From Polyangiaceae bacterium (GTDB lineage: Bacteria > Myxococcota_A > Polyangia > Polyangiales > Polyangiaceae), in contig CBDCTZ010000014.1 of assembly GCA_965222375.1 (NCBI GenBank), forward strand, positions 448,001 through 512,000: 64,000 nt of DNA, read 5' to 3'. Positions 52,742-63,008 of this stretch are shown in pieces. The translations under genes and the position numbers were made by a program. Each line of letters starts with the position of its first letter. The stretch's first letter is position 1. The notes under the pieces are model-generated. The model was not told the origin of the DNA and did no database searches. It saw nothing but the letters and a program-made list of their open reading frames with translations.

Positions 52742-53512
52742 ATGCGGCTCTGGAGCCTATTGGTGTTGGCGGCGATGAGCGGGTGTGGCTCATCGGCAAC
52801 CTCGGGGCCTGGCGCCGTGGATGGCGGCGCCGGTTTTGGTGGAATCGGGGTCGACGCGGCTGCCGGTTTTGGCGGCTTCGGCGGCAGTGCTGGCGGCGGC
52901 GGCGCAGGCGGCACAGCCGGTGTTGGCGGTGCAACCTTGGATGCTAGCTTGCCCCCGCCCGGTCAGCTACTCGGCGCGTTCAAGCTGACCTACTACTGGG
53001 TGACGACCGAAGAAGAGCACTCCGGCAGCAAGACAACGAACCTTTATGACCCCGGGTGCAAAGTGCTCGCGACTGTCAGCTCGGGCTTCGCCAGTGCAAT
53101 CAAGCTGGAGGGCACCGGGCGACTGTCGGACGGGCGGATCCTCAACTACGATGGCCCGTGCGCGTGTCCCCTCACGCCCTGCTACTTCGAGGCGGACGCC
53201 CAACATCCCTGGGGCTACGGTGTTCAGAATCGAGCTTTGGTTCCGTTTCGTTCCATTGCAGTCGACAAGGACACGATCGCAATTGGCACGCGTGTTTATG
53301 TGGCAGAACTCGACGGGGTATCCGTCCCCGGGGACTCGAGTTACGGCAACTTCGTGCACGATGGCTGCGTGACAGCGGACGACGTCGGAGGGGGTATCAA
53401 GGGCGCGCACATCGATTTCTTCGCGGCCCTCAAGCCTCACTATCAGAGTTTGGACGGTCAGCTTGGCCTGACTTCGGTGACCCTGCACGCCGGTGGAGCG
53501 CGTTGCCCGTAG
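52742..53512 (+). CDS. 3D-domain (MltA-like) lipoprotein
   Basis: Lipobox MSGC; RSIAVD...IAIGT, ADDVGGGIKGAHIDFF. Confidence 0.85.
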   Translation: MRLWSLLVLAAMSGCGSSATSGPGAVDGGAGFGGIGVDAAAGFGGFGGSAGGGGAGGTAGVGGATLDASLPPPGQLLGAFKLTYYWVTTEEEHSGSKTTNLYDPGCKVLATVSSGFASAIKLEGTGRLSDGRILNYDGPCACPLTPCYFEADAQHPWGYGVQNRALVPFRSIAVDKDTIAIGTRVYVAELDGVSVPGDSSYGNFVHDGCVTADDVGGGIKGAHIDFFAALKPHYQSLDGQLGLTSVTLHAGGARCP

Positions 53513-53584
53513 CCAGGACCGCCACGTCCTGAAGGCGCAGGTGCGAGCCCAGCGCCCGCCCCAAAGGGTGACGGGGGCGGCGCT

Positions 53585-54895
53585 TCACGCTTCGCTCGCG
53601 GAAACGCCCAGTGCGCGGCGCACCGCTAGTGCCAGGTTTTCGGCGCTCAGAGGTTTCAGTAGGAAAGCATCCGCGCCTAGTTCGGACAGCACCTTCCAAT
53701 CCGATGCACCGCCTACGGCGGTCATGACGATGACCCGCGGCCTTTTGGTCTCCGTGCGCAGACTGGCGACGATCTCCATACCGCTCATTCTTGGCATGTC
53801 GAGATCGAGGAGCGCCAGATCGCAGCCAGTCGTGGAAAGCTCTTGCAAGGCTTCGCCGCCGTCCTTGGCTAGCGTGATGGTGGCTTGCGGGAGCGCTTCG
53901 GCAACGGTGCTGCGCGCGAACTCCAAGAAATCCGGATCGTCGTCGGCAATGAGCACCTGCTGGTCGCGCATGGGTGCGGCCACGGAAGTGCGCGCACTCT
54001 CCAGCTCCTTGAGAAACTGAAGCGCGCTCTCGGGCCGGTCCGCGGGAAACTTCTCCAGGGCGTGACGGATCGCAGCATCGAATGCGCTCGGCAGATCCTC
54101 GCGCAGGCTGCTTGGCGCCGGCGGCTCGTCATTCGTGTGCTGAAGCAGGACGTCCATCACCGCGTCAGCGGTGAATGGCATTCGGCCCGTCAGGAGTTCG
54201 AAGGCTAGTACGCCTAGCTGATACACGTCGGTGCGGGGCGCCAGTTCCGGAGCGGTCTTCCTGCCCAGGATTTGTTCTGGCGCCATGTAGTCGGGCGTGC
54301 CCGCCGTGCTGAAGCTCCCGCTCGCCTTGCTCTGAGCCAGGCGCGCTAGCCCCAGATCCGTCACGGCGATCCGAAAGCTGGGGCCGACGAGGATGTTGGC
54401 GGGCTTCAAATCCCGATGCACCGCGCCCGCCTCGTGAATGGCGTGCACTCCGCGACAGACCTGCTTTAGAATCCCAAGTGCTTCGTCGGGCGCCAGGCTG
54501 CCCGCGGTGGTCAGCCAGTCACTCAGGCTTCTACCGGGCACGAACTCCATCACGAAGTAGGGGCGGCCCTCGAGTTCTCCAAAGGCGTGAATGCTCACGA
54601 CGTTCTCGTGGCGCACCCGTGCCATCGCGCGGGCCTCGGTCACGAATCTTTTGCGAAAGCTCGGATCTGCCGTGAAGTGCGAGCCGAGCAGCTTGATGGC
54701 GACTTCGCGGTCGAGAGCGCGGTCCAGTGCCAGCCATACCTGGCCCATGGCGCCACGCCCTATTTCCGAGACCAACTCGTACTTCCCATCCACCACGTAA
54801 CCCGCGCCAAAGGGCGCGTCTTCGGCCGCGCTCTGGATTTCGCCGTCGGCGGACAGGGTGGCCGTGTCCGCGGAACTCTTTTCTTCGTCGGCCAC
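53585..54895 (-). CDS. Ser/Thr protein kinase fused to a C-terminal receiver domain
   Basis: IGRGAMGQVW, HRDLKPANIL, TDLGLA, GTPDYMAPEQ; VLIADDD...LLDLDMP...FLLKP. Confidence 0.92.
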   Translation of the reverse strand: MADEEKSSADTATLSADGEIQSAAEDAPFGAGYVVDGKYELVSEIGRGAMGQVWLALDRALDREVAIKLLGSHFTADPSFRKRFVTEARAMARVRHENVVSIHAFGELEGRPYFVMEFVPGRSLSDWLTTAGSLAPDEALGILKQVCRGVHAIHEAGAVHRDLKPANILVGPSFRIAVTDLGLARLAQSKASGSFSTAGTPDYMAPEQILGRKTAPELAPRTDVYQLGVLAFELLTGRMPFTADAVMDVLLQHTNDEPPAPSSLREDLPSAFDAAIRHALEKFPADRPESALQFLKELESARTSVAAPMRDQQVLIADDDPDFLEFARSTVAEALPQATITLAKDGGEALQELSTTGCDLALLDLDMPRMSGMEIVASLRTETKRPRVIVMTAVGGASDWKVLSELGADAFLLKPLSAENLALAVRRALGVSASEA

Positions 54896-54993
54896 GGTCG
54901 ACGAAGAGTACAAGGTCGTCGGCAATTCGCAAACCAGTGTTCAGAATTGGACGGCGACGGCGGCCAACGGGCTGCATCCTCAACGAATGTGCC

Positions 54994-55443
54994 TCAGCAG
55001 GAATCGCCGCAGACGATGACGTTGCCAGGACACGACTGGGCAGGTCGAAGTTTGCACTGGACCGCGCACGGCTTTTTGGTTTGACACACTACGGTGCAGG
55101 TGTCTGAGCATTGCACGCTACAACCTGGTGGTCCGCTGCAGGTGACAGTGCTGCCGGTGCCCACGCTGGCGCTGCAGCTGCCCTCGCTAGCGCAGGTCAC
55201 GCTGCAGCCCGCGCCGCATTGGAAGTCGCAGTCGTGGTTCTTGTCGCAAGTCAGCGAGCAGTCCTTTTCGCACTCCAGGTCGCAGTGCCTGGGTTCGTCA
55301 CGGCATTGGCAGCCCCCGCCGGAGCAAATGCAGCTGTTGTCGTTGCAATTCTCGTCGCGATTGCTGGAGCAACCAGATGACAGCAGCGCCGGCACGAGCA
55401 GCCAGATCAGGACTGCCCCAAGGCCGTTCAGCCAGCGTAACAC
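54994..55443 (-). CDS. Small Cys-rich lipoprotein
   Basis: Signal ending SSGC followed by regular CxxxC spacing. Confidence 0.7.
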   Translation of the reverse strand: MLRWLNGLGAVLIWLLVPALLSSGCSSNRDENCNDNSCICSGGGCQCRDEPRHCDLECEKDCSLTCDKNHDCDFQCGAGCSVTCASEGSCSASVGTGSTVTCSGPPGCSVQCSDTCTVVCQTKKPCAVQCKLRPAQSCPGNVIVCGDSC

Positions 55444-55462
55444 CTCGAGAGTATAGCGGAGC

Positions 55463-56521
55463 TCAAGGGAAGAGCGCGACTTCCGGTAGCCCACGGGCGC
55501 CGGGTAGCCCAAGCGCTATGTTGAGGGCCTGGATGGCTTGAGCGGCAGCGCCCCGCGCCAGATTGTCGATGGCGGCCATGGCAACGACCATGTGAGTGCG
55601 TTCATCCAGCGCGTAGGAAACGTGCGCCCGGGCACTGCCGCGGACAAACAAGGTGTCGGGTGGAGTTCCGACGGGCAGCACCGTGACCAGACCAGCGCCA
55701 TACTGCCGCCGTGCTGCGTCGGTGCAGGTTTCGGCATTAATGCCGGTGCGCGCCCGCGCATACGCGGTCGTCAGAATGCTTCGGCTCATTGGGACGAGGT
55801 GCGGCGTGAACGTGACCTGCACGCTCTCACCCGCGGCCCGGGACAGCTCTTGCTCGATCTCGGGAATGTGCCGATGGGTGCCCCCGGTCTTGTAGGGCCT
55901 AAGCCCCTCGGCGGATTCGGGAAAGTGAGTGGCTTGGCTTGGCGCTTTGCCAGCGCCCGAGACCCCGCTCTTCGAATCAATGATCACTGGTGAGTGCTCC
56001 ACCAGCTGATCTGCCAACAGGGGAGCAAGAGCCAAGGTCGCGCTCGTCGGATAGCAGCCCGGCGCAGCGATGAGTCGCGCGCCTTCGAGCTCCGACTGGT
56101 GCCACTCGGGTTGACCGTAGACGGCTTTGTCCAACAGCGCTGGCGCCGGGTGCGGGCCGTACCACTTCTCGTAGGCGGAAAGATCGCGTAGGCGGAAGTC
56201 CGCGGACAGGTCGACCACCACGAGCCCCGCATCGTGCAAGGCTTGTCCGGCTTGGGCGCTGGCGGCGTGTGGCAAGGCAGTGAATACGACGTCGAGTCGC
56301 TCGGCCAGGCGAGCAGCGTCGGCGGGGTCGAAGCTCTCAATGGCGAGATCACCCAACCCGCTCACGCCGCGGGTTGCAGGCATCGCGTGCCCCAGGCGAT
56401 CCCCGGCGGTCTCTCGAGCCGCGACATACACCAACTCGAACTCCGGGTGCGCATGGACCAGCCGAAGCAGTTCTGCTCCGGTGTAGCCCGTGACGCCGAT
56501 GATACCGACCCGCCAGCTCAC
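55463..56521 (-). CDS. argC: N-acetyl-gamma-glutamyl-phosphate reductase
   Basis: IIGVTGYTGAELLR, VDLSADFR, PGCYPT, SGVSGAG, HRHIPEIEQ, IDNL. Confidence 0.96.
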   Translation of the reverse strand: MSWRVGIIGVTGYTGAELLRLVHAHPEFELVYVAARETAGDRLGHAMPATRGVSGLGDLAIESFDPADAARLAERLDVVFTALPHAASAQAGQALHDAGLVVVDLSADFRLRDLSAYEKWYGPHPAPALLDKAVYGQPEWHQSELEGARLIAAPGCYPTSATLALAPLLADQLVEHSPVIIDSKSGVSGAGKAPSQATHFPESAEGLRPYKTGGTHRHIPEIEQELSRAAGESVQVTFTPHLVPMSRSILTTAYARARTGINAETCTDAARRQYGAGLVTVLPVGTPPDTLFVRGSARAHVSYALDERTHMVVAMAAIDNLARGAAAQAIQALNIALGLPGARGLPEVALFP

Positions 56522-56567
56522 GTTCTGGTCCTGTTCATGTTGATCCTGGGGTAGCAAGCGCCCCCAC

Positions 56568-56602
56568 AAAACGAAAGCGCGCGACCCGTGAGGCCGCGCG
56601 CT
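56568..56602 (-). terminator. Intrinsic terminator after rpsI
   Basis: Minus strand agcgcgcggcc-tcacg-ggtcgcgcgct hairpin followed by ttcgtttt. Confidence 0.75.
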
Positions 56603-56620
56603 CGTCTGACAAGCTGCCGC

Positions 56621-57016
56621 TCAGCGCTTGCTGTACTGGAAGCGCTTGCGGGCACCAGGTTGCCCGTACTTCTTGCGCTCCTTCTTGCGGGCATCCCGGG
56701 TGAGGTACCCGGCCCGTTTGAGGGCGCGGCGACGCTCGGGATCTTCCGACGACAGGGCTTTGGCGACGCCGTTTCGCAGCGCTTCGGCTTGGGCACTGTG
56801 CCCGCCCCCGGCAACGGTGGCGCGGACGTCGTACTTGTCCGTCAGCTCGAGTAGTTCCAAAGACTGCCGCGCGATCATTCGCGTAGTCATGCGCTCGAAG
56901 TAGGAGTCGGCGTCGACGCCATTGACTGTGATTGCACCTGAACCCGGTGCAACCCAAACTCGCGCAACGGCGGTCTTGCGCTTGCCAGTGGCGTACGTGA
57001 ATGCAGTATCGGTCAT
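56621..57016 (-). CDS. rpsI: 30S ribosomal protein S9
   Basis: [35 protein letters not shown]...[10 protein letters not shown]. Confidence 0.98.
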   Translation of the reverse strand: MTDTAFTYATGKRKTAVARVWVAPGSGAITVNGVDADSYFERMTTRMIARQSLELLELTDKYDVRATVAGGGHSAQAEALRNGVAKALSSEDPERRRALKRAGYLTRDARKKERKKYGQPGARKRFQYSKR

Positions 57017-57030
57017 CAACTCTCTCCGCC

Positions 57031-57465
57031 CTAGAGGGCTAGCGGCTCTGGCTTCTGGGCGGTGTGTGGGTGTTCCCCGCCGCCATAGACCTTCAGCTTC
57101 TCGAGCATTCGTCGCCCGAGGACGTTCTTGGGCAGCATGCCCTTGACTGCCTTTTGGATGGGCAGCTGTGGCTTGTTGGCAGCGAGGTGGGCGAAGCTCT
57201 TCGCGTGCAGTCCGCCCTGGAAGCCGCTGTAGCGGTAGTAGGTCTTCGTCTGTGCCTTCTTGCCGGTGAGCTTCACGTGACTGGCGTTGACCACAACGAC
57301 AAAGTCGCCGGTGTCGACATGGGGCGTGTAGGTGGGCTTGTGTTTGCCCGAGAGCAGAGTGGCGACGCGGCTTGCAAGCCGGCCCAAGGGTTGATCCCTG
57401 GCGTCTACGACCCACCACTTGCGGGTTTCCTGCGCGCGGGCAGGTTTCTCGATGAACGTCCGCAT
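57031..57465 (-). CDS. rplM: 50S ribosomal protein L13
   Basis: WWVVDA...[30 protein letters not shown]. Confidence 0.98.
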   Translation of the reverse strand: MRTFIEKPARAQETRKWWVVDARDQPLGRLASRVATLLSGKHKPTYTPHVDTGDFVVVVNASHVKLTGKKAQTKTYYRYSGFQGGLHAKSFAHLAANKPQLPIQKAVKGMLPKNVLGRRMLEKLKVYGGGEHPHTAQKPEPLAL

Positions 57466-57546
57466 TTGAACTAGTCCTCGTTGCTGGCCGCGGCAGGACG
57501 CCAGCGGCAACCCCTGGGCAGCGCTCTGCTCATCAAGGGGCCGCGG

Positions 57547-57575
57547 TTTTTAGCTTTTGGGGTGGTCTTCGTCAA
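57547..57575 (-). promoter_or_regulatory. Sigma70-type promoter of rplM-rpsI
   Basis: TTGACG-17 nt-TAAAAA followed by a GC-rich discriminator-like CCGCGGCCC. Confidence 0.6.
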
Positions 57576-57726
57576 GCTCGGCTAGCCGCCGGAACCATGC
57601 GCTGAGGGGCCCTTCCCCGGTCATTGAGAAATTCTGTATAGTTTCAGCAGGTTAGAGGCCGGTTTTGGCGACATCGCGTAAAGCACCAGCGCCGCCTCCT
57701 TGGCTATACTCTGAGACCGTACCGCC

Positions 57727-59640
57727 TTGAAACGAGTTCCCACCAACGTGCGCCTAGCGGAACGGCTCGCTGCTGATAGCCAAATCACCAGCGCGCAGTG
57801 TGCCGCGGCGGTGACCTTTGCCCAGCACAACGGTGAGCGAATCGAAGAGGCGCTGCTGGAGACCGGGGCCATCGATGAGGTTTCGTTGCTGAAGTACCTC
57901 GCGTCGCATCACCAGACTCGCTTCGTTTCCACGGAGAAACTGGGCAAGGCCAAGATCGACAAGTTCACCCTGAGCAAGATCCCTCACAAGCTGGCGGTGA
58001 TGCACGGAGTTTTCCCTGTGCTTTGGGAACCGCAGACGTCCGCCATCTCCATCGTCACGGCAGATCCGGATGACGCTCCGGCGATCCAGGACGTTCAGCT
58101 GGCGTCGGACGCCAAAGACGTGCGCGTATTCGTTGGGCGACCCAAGGCGGTGCGTGCGGCCATTGCGAAGAACTACGCGGGAGACATGCGCGCCTTCGCG
58201 CTCTTGGAGCGCGCCGCAGCCCCCGACATGATCGACATGTTCGACCGGGGCATCGAGACGGGTGGATTCGTCCTCGAACGTACGGTGCCCGAGGCGACCC
58301 CACAGCCAGCGGACACGGCACCTGCTGTCGCCGGCCAACTCTTGCCAGATGTGTTGGGCGAGCCGTTCCGGGAGACCCTGAACGTGCTCGTCACCCTGGT
58401 AGAGAGCACTCGTGCGGAACTGCGCGGGCATTCTGCCCACGTAGCGCGTCTGATGCGCCAGGCCGCCGATCGCATCGACCTTTCCGAGCGAGACAAGGCC
58501 GTAGCCAGCGTGGCTGGCTACTTGCACGACCTAGGCAAGATGGGCGCGTACCACCTGACCGCGCTGAACGTCGCGGAGTACGACGCGCACCGCACCGCCG
58601 CCAGCAAGTTGCACACGGCGCCGCTGCGTATGATGGAAGCCGTCGGCTTGCCGCCGGAGGTCGTGCGCGCCATCGAGCACATGTACGAACGTCACGACGG
58701 AAAGGGGTTTCCAGAAGAACGCTCGGGCAAGGAGATCCCGATCATCGGTCGCTTGCTTGCGATCACCGACACCTATGCGGATCTGACTCAAAATCCGCGC
58801 AACCCTTATCGAAAGGTGCTGGAACCGATGCAGGCTTGCCAAGTGCTAGCGCGGTACCGAGGCGCCGTTTTCGATCCCAACTTGGTTGACGTATTCCGGA
58901 TGATGGTCACGGGTGACGACCTCAAGGCGCGACTGTTGGCTACCCGCCACCGCATTCTACTCCTCGACCCGGATCCCGAAGAGACCACGGTGCTGGAGCT
59001 GCGCATGATGGAGCAGGGCTTCGAAGTCAAAGCCGCGCGGGATCCCGAGCAGGCAGCCAGTCTCCTGGAGACCGGGGATGTCGAACTCGTCGTCAGCGAA
59101 ATGGAGCTCGAACCCGAAGATGGGATCGCATTCTTGAAGCGCGCGCGGCAAACCGAGTGGGGCAAGGCCTTGCCCTGGGTGTTTCTCACTGGTCGGGCTG
59201 GGGGTGGGGACGCGGAACGCGCGTTCGCGGCTGGGGCCGCGGACTACGTGACCAAGCCCTACAGCGCCGATCTCTTGGTGACCAAACTGAAGCAGATTCT
59301 CGAGCGGGATACTGGTGCCGGGGGTGGGAGGGGCGTGAGTGGTTCCCTGACCGAAATGAGCCTTCCGGACATGGTGCAGGTCTTGTTTCACGGCAAGAAA
59401 ACCGGTGCTCTCAAGATCCGCTCCGCCGGTCGCTCCGGGGAGATCCACTTCGTCTCCGGAGACATCTTCAACGCGTTGTGGGAGGAAGCGCGCGGTGCGG
59501 ATGCCTTCTACGAGATGCTCTGCCTAAAGGAAGGAGATTTCGCCCTCGATCCGAACTTCACCGCTCCCCAGCGTGTGATCAACGATTCACCAGATGGGCT
59601 GCTGCTCGAGGGCATGCGCCGCTTGGACGAGGGGCTTTGA
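57727..59640 (+). CDS. Multidomain signalling protein: MshEN/GspE-N-like, HD-GYP-like, receiver-like and DUF4388 domains
   Basis: RLAERL...RIEEALLETGAI; GHSAHVA, LHDLGK, HMYERHDGKGFP; ADYVTKPY; SGSLTEMSLPDMVQVL...LLLEGMRRLDE. Confidence 0.85.
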   Translation: MKRVPTNVRLAERLAADSQITSAQCAAAVTFAQHNGERIEEALLETGAIDEVSLLKYLASHHQTRFVSTEKLGKAKIDKFTLSKIPHKLAVMHGVFPVLWEPQTSAISIVTADPDDAPAIQDVQLASDAKDVRVFVGRPKAVRAAIAKNYAGDMRAFALLERAAAPDMIDMFDRGIETGGFVLERTVPEATPQPADTAPAVAGQLLPDVLGEPFRETLNVLVTLVESTRAELRGHSAHVARLMRQAADRIDLSERDKAVASVAGYLHDLGKMGAYHLTALNVAEYDAHRTAASKLHTAPLRMMEAVGLPPEVVRAIEHMYERHDGKGFPEERSGKEIPIIGRLLAITDTYADLTQNPRNPYRKVLEPMQACQVLARYRGAVFDPNLVDVFRMMVTGDDLKARLLATRHRILLLDPDPEETTVLELRMMEQGFEVKAARDPEQAASLLETGDVELVVSEMELEPEDGIAFLKRARQTEWGKALPWVFLTGRAGGGDAERAFAAGAADYVTKPYSADLLVTKLKQILERDTGAGGGRGVSGSLTEMSLPDMVQVLFHGKKTGALKIRSAGRSGEIHFVSGDIFNALWEEARGADAFYEMLCLKEGDFALDPNFTAPQRVINDSPDGLLLEGMRRLDEGL

Positions 59641-59761
59641 TAGGGATTTGGACCCGCGCCTCGCGGATCGGATGTCCAGGGCGGCAGCTGCGGAAATTGG
59701 TTCGTACCGCGCCTGCGGGCGGCGTGGTACCCTTCCGGGTCTGACATAGAGGGAGCGCTAC

Positions 59762-60913
59762 GTGCCGAAGACGCCGCCTCCGGTGCTTGGTTTCAACAAT
59801 AACGTCCGGCACCAGGGGCGTATTTTTCACATCCAGACGGAAGACTCGGGCGTCAAACGACCGCACGTCAAGACGCATCTATTTGGTGACGGCGGTCGAA
59901 TCCTGAAAAGTGCGCGTACCGACTACGCCGAACACGTGGGCCGCGCCGATCTAGCGCAGGTCGTTCGGCAGATGATGAAGGACCAGCACAAGGCGATGTT
60001 CGTCGCCCTACGCAAAGGTGAGTTGAACGGTGTCATCGAGGAGGCCTTTGGCCCGCCTCCGGCCCAAAAGGCTGGCGCCAGCGCTGCCGCGCCGGCCCGG
60101 AGCAGTTCGTCCCCGCTTGCCACGCCGCCGGCGGAACCCGTCGCTGCGGCCCCCCCGAGCTCCGCCAACGAGGGTCCCAAGACGGATATCGCGCCGCCGC
60201 CCTCGCGGAGTGAACCACTCGTGCGCGTGCCTCAGGCGGGGGCCGGCCCGGATCACCCAGAAATGGTGCCGCCGGTGTCGCGGCCCGCATCGCGGACTCC
60301 TGCCGAAGCGCGCCGGCCAGCCAGTTCACCACCGGCAGCCCCACCAGGACGCGACAGCTCTCCCCCCGCAACCACGAGCGCCCCGCCCATAGCGGTCAGG
60401 GCCCCACCTGGCGTGGGCCGGCCCCTTGAGCGGGTGCCCTCTGGTGCGGCCACGCGGCGCCCCGCTCGGCAAGAACCCATGCCGCAACCGGCGCCATCCA
60501 GTCCTCGTCGGCCGAATTCTTCGACTCCCAGAATCGGCACACCCGCTTTCGGTACGCCACGGGTTGCACGACCAGCTTCGGGCAGCCCCGGGCGCGCTTC
60601 GCGCCCACCGCCTGCAACCGGGCGCGGCTCCCGCCCACCCTCCGGGGTACCGCCTCGTGGATCGCGACCGCCAACGGGTCCACCCGGCGTCGGCTCGCGC
60701 CCTCCTTCGGATCCCAACGCTGGGCGCTACTCCGTCGTGCCGCCGCCGGACGAAGCCGAGCGCTATGCCGTGTCACGCCCGGCATCGATCTTCGGCGACG
60801 CGAAACCCGCTCGCAGCATTTTCGGCGACGACGAAATGGTCGGCGAAAAGTCTCTGGACGAAGTGATCCTCAGCTACTTGGCAGAGGACCTCGAGCAGCC
60901 GCCGCGCAAGTAG
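59762..60913 (+). CDS. Hypothetical protein with a long Pro-rich linker
   Basis: Globular N-terminus GFNNNVRHQGRIFHIQTEDSG, Pro/Ser/Arg-rich linker, C-terminal KSLDEVILSYLAEDL. Confidence 0.8.
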   Translation: MPKTPPPVLGFNNNVRHQGRIFHIQTEDSGVKRPHVKTHLFGDGGRILKSARTDYAEHVGRADLAQVVRQMMKDQHKAMFVALRKGELNGVIEEAFGPPPAQKAGASAAAPARSSSSPLATPPAEPVAAAPPSSANEGPKTDIAPPPSRSEPLVRVPQAGAGPDHPEMVPPVSRPASRTPAEARRPASSPPAAPPGRDSSPPATTSAPPIAVRAPPGVGRPLERVPSGAATRRPARQEPMPQPAPSSPRRPNSSTPRIGTPAFGTPRVARPASGSPGRASRPPPATGRGSRPPSGVPPRGSRPPTGPPGVGSRPPSDPNAGRYSVVPPPDEAERYAVSRPASIFGDAKPARSIFGDDEMVGEKSLDEVILSYLAEDLEQPPRK

Positions 60914-60915
60914 CC

Positions 60916-62799
60916 TCAGTGCCCGCCCTTCGCTGCGGGCTTGGCGCTCCAGATCCGCAGGCAGAGCAAGAAGCCGACTACCGCGAACGGCAAGAGGAAC
61001 CAGGGCCAGTAGGCCCAGTCTCGGCTAGTCAAGTACCCCAAGCTCACGCTCTGCAAGGCCGTGCCTAGATACACGAAGCCATCGATGATTCCGACCGCAG
61101 TGGCGGCTCCCTTGCGACCCCCGAAATCCATGGTGGCGGTGCCGGAAAGGAGGCCGTGGGTCCCGATCACGCAGAGACTCATCAGGAACACAAAAACCCC
61201 CAGAAAATACGGGCTCATGGGCGTGACGGGCTGCGCCTTCAGCAGGCGCATATCTCCCGCCTGATGCACGGGCTTCGGATCTGAAAGCTCCAGGCTCAGG
61301 GTCTCGCTGCCGCGCTTGACCTTTGCGGGGATTGGACGCCCTTCGGCGAAGCTCGGCTTGGGCGCGTCCTTGAGATCCGAGGCACAGATGCAACGTTTCT
61401 CGTTCCAACCCGAAGCTTTGCAGGTGGGTTGCCAACACACCACTGCGTCTCGGACTTCCTTCCAACTGCTGACGTTGTCTCGCCCCGCGATGCTCAGGAT
61501 TTCGTCGCCGGCCTGCAGTCCACTCTTGTCCTTGGCCGTGGCAACGACGTTTTGCCCCGGGGCCATGACGAAGCCCATGACCAAAGTGCACAGCGCTAAG
61601 AACCCGTACAAGCCAGCCGCAGCTGGACCACGCCGACTCTGGAAAAAGAGATCACTGACCCATCCGGCCACGTTGCCGCCGATGACTCCCGCGGTCATCA
61701 GCAAGCCGCCCCAACCACCCTGGAATAGGAACGGGGCGAGGAACGCCAGGGCCGAGAAGATGATCAGGTAGCCACGCCGCGCGCCACTGGCTTTGGAGGC
61801 GATGTAACCAGAGATGGCCGCCACAGCGAAGCAGGGCAGGGCAGGCCAGAGTGGAGACGCGGACCAGGCATCTATGGCATTCAGCATGTCGCCGCCGCGC
61901 AGGGGGTGGGACCGCGGCAGGGCCCAAATCTCCTTGGCGTAGATCGGGAACCAATGCATCACGCCATTGCGCAGGACTCCGGTGCAAAATTCGATGAACG
62001 CGACCGTCAAAATGATGGGATTTGACAAGATCCGCTTGATCAATTCCAAGGCGGGCACCGGCTTGTCGCTGGTGTCGCCGCTGGAGGCGTCGCCAGTGTC
62101 GAAGTCCTTGTGGCCGGCAAGGCCCGGTCTGTCGCGCAGGAGGGCGAGCTCGATCAGGAAGAAGATCCCGAGGAACAGACCAGGGAGTGCGAATACGACC
62201 CATGCCACGCTCGGCGCACTAGAACCGGTGATTCGCTGGGCGATACGCAGGAGCACGTCGTTGACGGTGAACGCCAAGAAGATCCCGCTTGAGATCATCG
62301 TGCCGAAGATGCCGGAGAACCCGCCACGCTCGGTCACGTGGAACCAATGCGCGTTGACCTTGACGATGGAAACCGCGCCGAAGCTTTGGAAGTACATATT
62401 CGTGGCGTACAGCGCACTGAACACGAGTCGAAGCGGCGCATCCGCGGCCGTCCCGCTGCTCACCACGTTGTGCAGGTAGGCGCCCATGGCGAGGTTGGCC
62501 ACCATCGCGCCGAAAGCGCCGATCAGCATGCCCTTGCGACCGCCCATGCGGTCCACGAGGGGCCCGTTGAGCAAGAACGCAAAAGCGTAGACGAAGGTGC
62601 CCGCGCCAAAGATGATGCCGAAGTCCTCCTTCGTCATCAGCTCACCCAAGCTGTACTTGGCTACGGTGAGGTTGTAGCGGCCCATGTAGAGCAGCGCATA
62701 CGTGATGCCGAGGGGGAACCAGTTCAGGAAACGGCGGCGTCGGAACGCCGCCGAGTGCTTGATGCCCGCGCCCGAGTATTTGGCGGTGGATGCGCCCAT
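60916..62799 (-). CDS. MFS transporter (GlpT/OPA-like) with an inserted PDZ-like domain
   Basis: YALLYMGRYNL, GPLVDRMGGRK, WF...ERG, GWVSDLFF..RRGP, ATAVGIIDGFVYLG; insertion SGLQAGDEILSIAG. Alternative start at 62814. Confidence 0.88.
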   Translation of the reverse strand: MGASTAKYSGAGIKHSAAFRRRRFLNWFPLGITYALLYMGRYNLTVAKYSLGELMTKEDFGIIFGAGTFVYAFAFLLNGPLVDRMGGRKGMLIGAFGAMVANLAMGAYLHNVVSSGTAADAPLRLVFSALYATNMYFQSFGAVSIVKVNAHWFHVTERGGFSGIFGTMISSGIFLAFTVNDVLLRIAQRITGSSAPSVAWVVFALPGLFLGIFFLIELALLRDRPGLAGHKDFDTGDASSGDTSDKPVPALELIKRILSNPIILTVAFIEFCTGVLRNGVMHWFPIYAKEIWALPRSHPLRGGDMLNAIDAWSASPLWPALPCFAVAAISGYIASKASGARRGYLIIFSALAFLAPFLFQGGWGGLLMTAGVIGGNVAGWVSDLFFQSRRGPAAAGLYGFLALCTLVMGFVMAPGQNVVATAKDKSGLQAGDEILSIAGRDNVSSWKEVRDAVVCWQPTCKASGWNEKRCICASDLKDAPKPSFAEGRPIPAKVKRGSETLSLELSDPKPVHQAGDMRLLKAQPVTPMSPYFLGVFVFLMSLCVIGTHGLLSGTATMDFGGRKGAATAVGIIDGFVYLGTALQSVSLGYLTSRDWAYWPWFLLPFAVVGFLLCLRIWSAKPAAKGGH

Positions 62800-63008
62800 G
62801 CGGAGCGGGAGCATACATGTTCAGTCTGTGATGTGGCCGACATCTGTTGGCGCAGATGTCAGTCGTCACCGAGTCGTCACAGATCGAGATGGCGGGCTCG
62901 CTAGTGGGCGTGCACCCGTGCGGTACTAGCTTGCGGCGATCCGGGGCAGGGCGCCCAGCTCAGGCCCCCAGAGAGCTCGGCGTACCGCGTGGGCCTGGGC
63001 GAGAGTAG

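Noticed and set aside
53585..54895. Kinase-receiver fusion as a novelty
   Set aside because: Such hybrids are common in myxobacteria; listed as a feature only.
55463..57465. argC next to rplM-rpsI
   Set aside because: Ordinary housekeeping arrangement known from deltaproteobacterial lineages.
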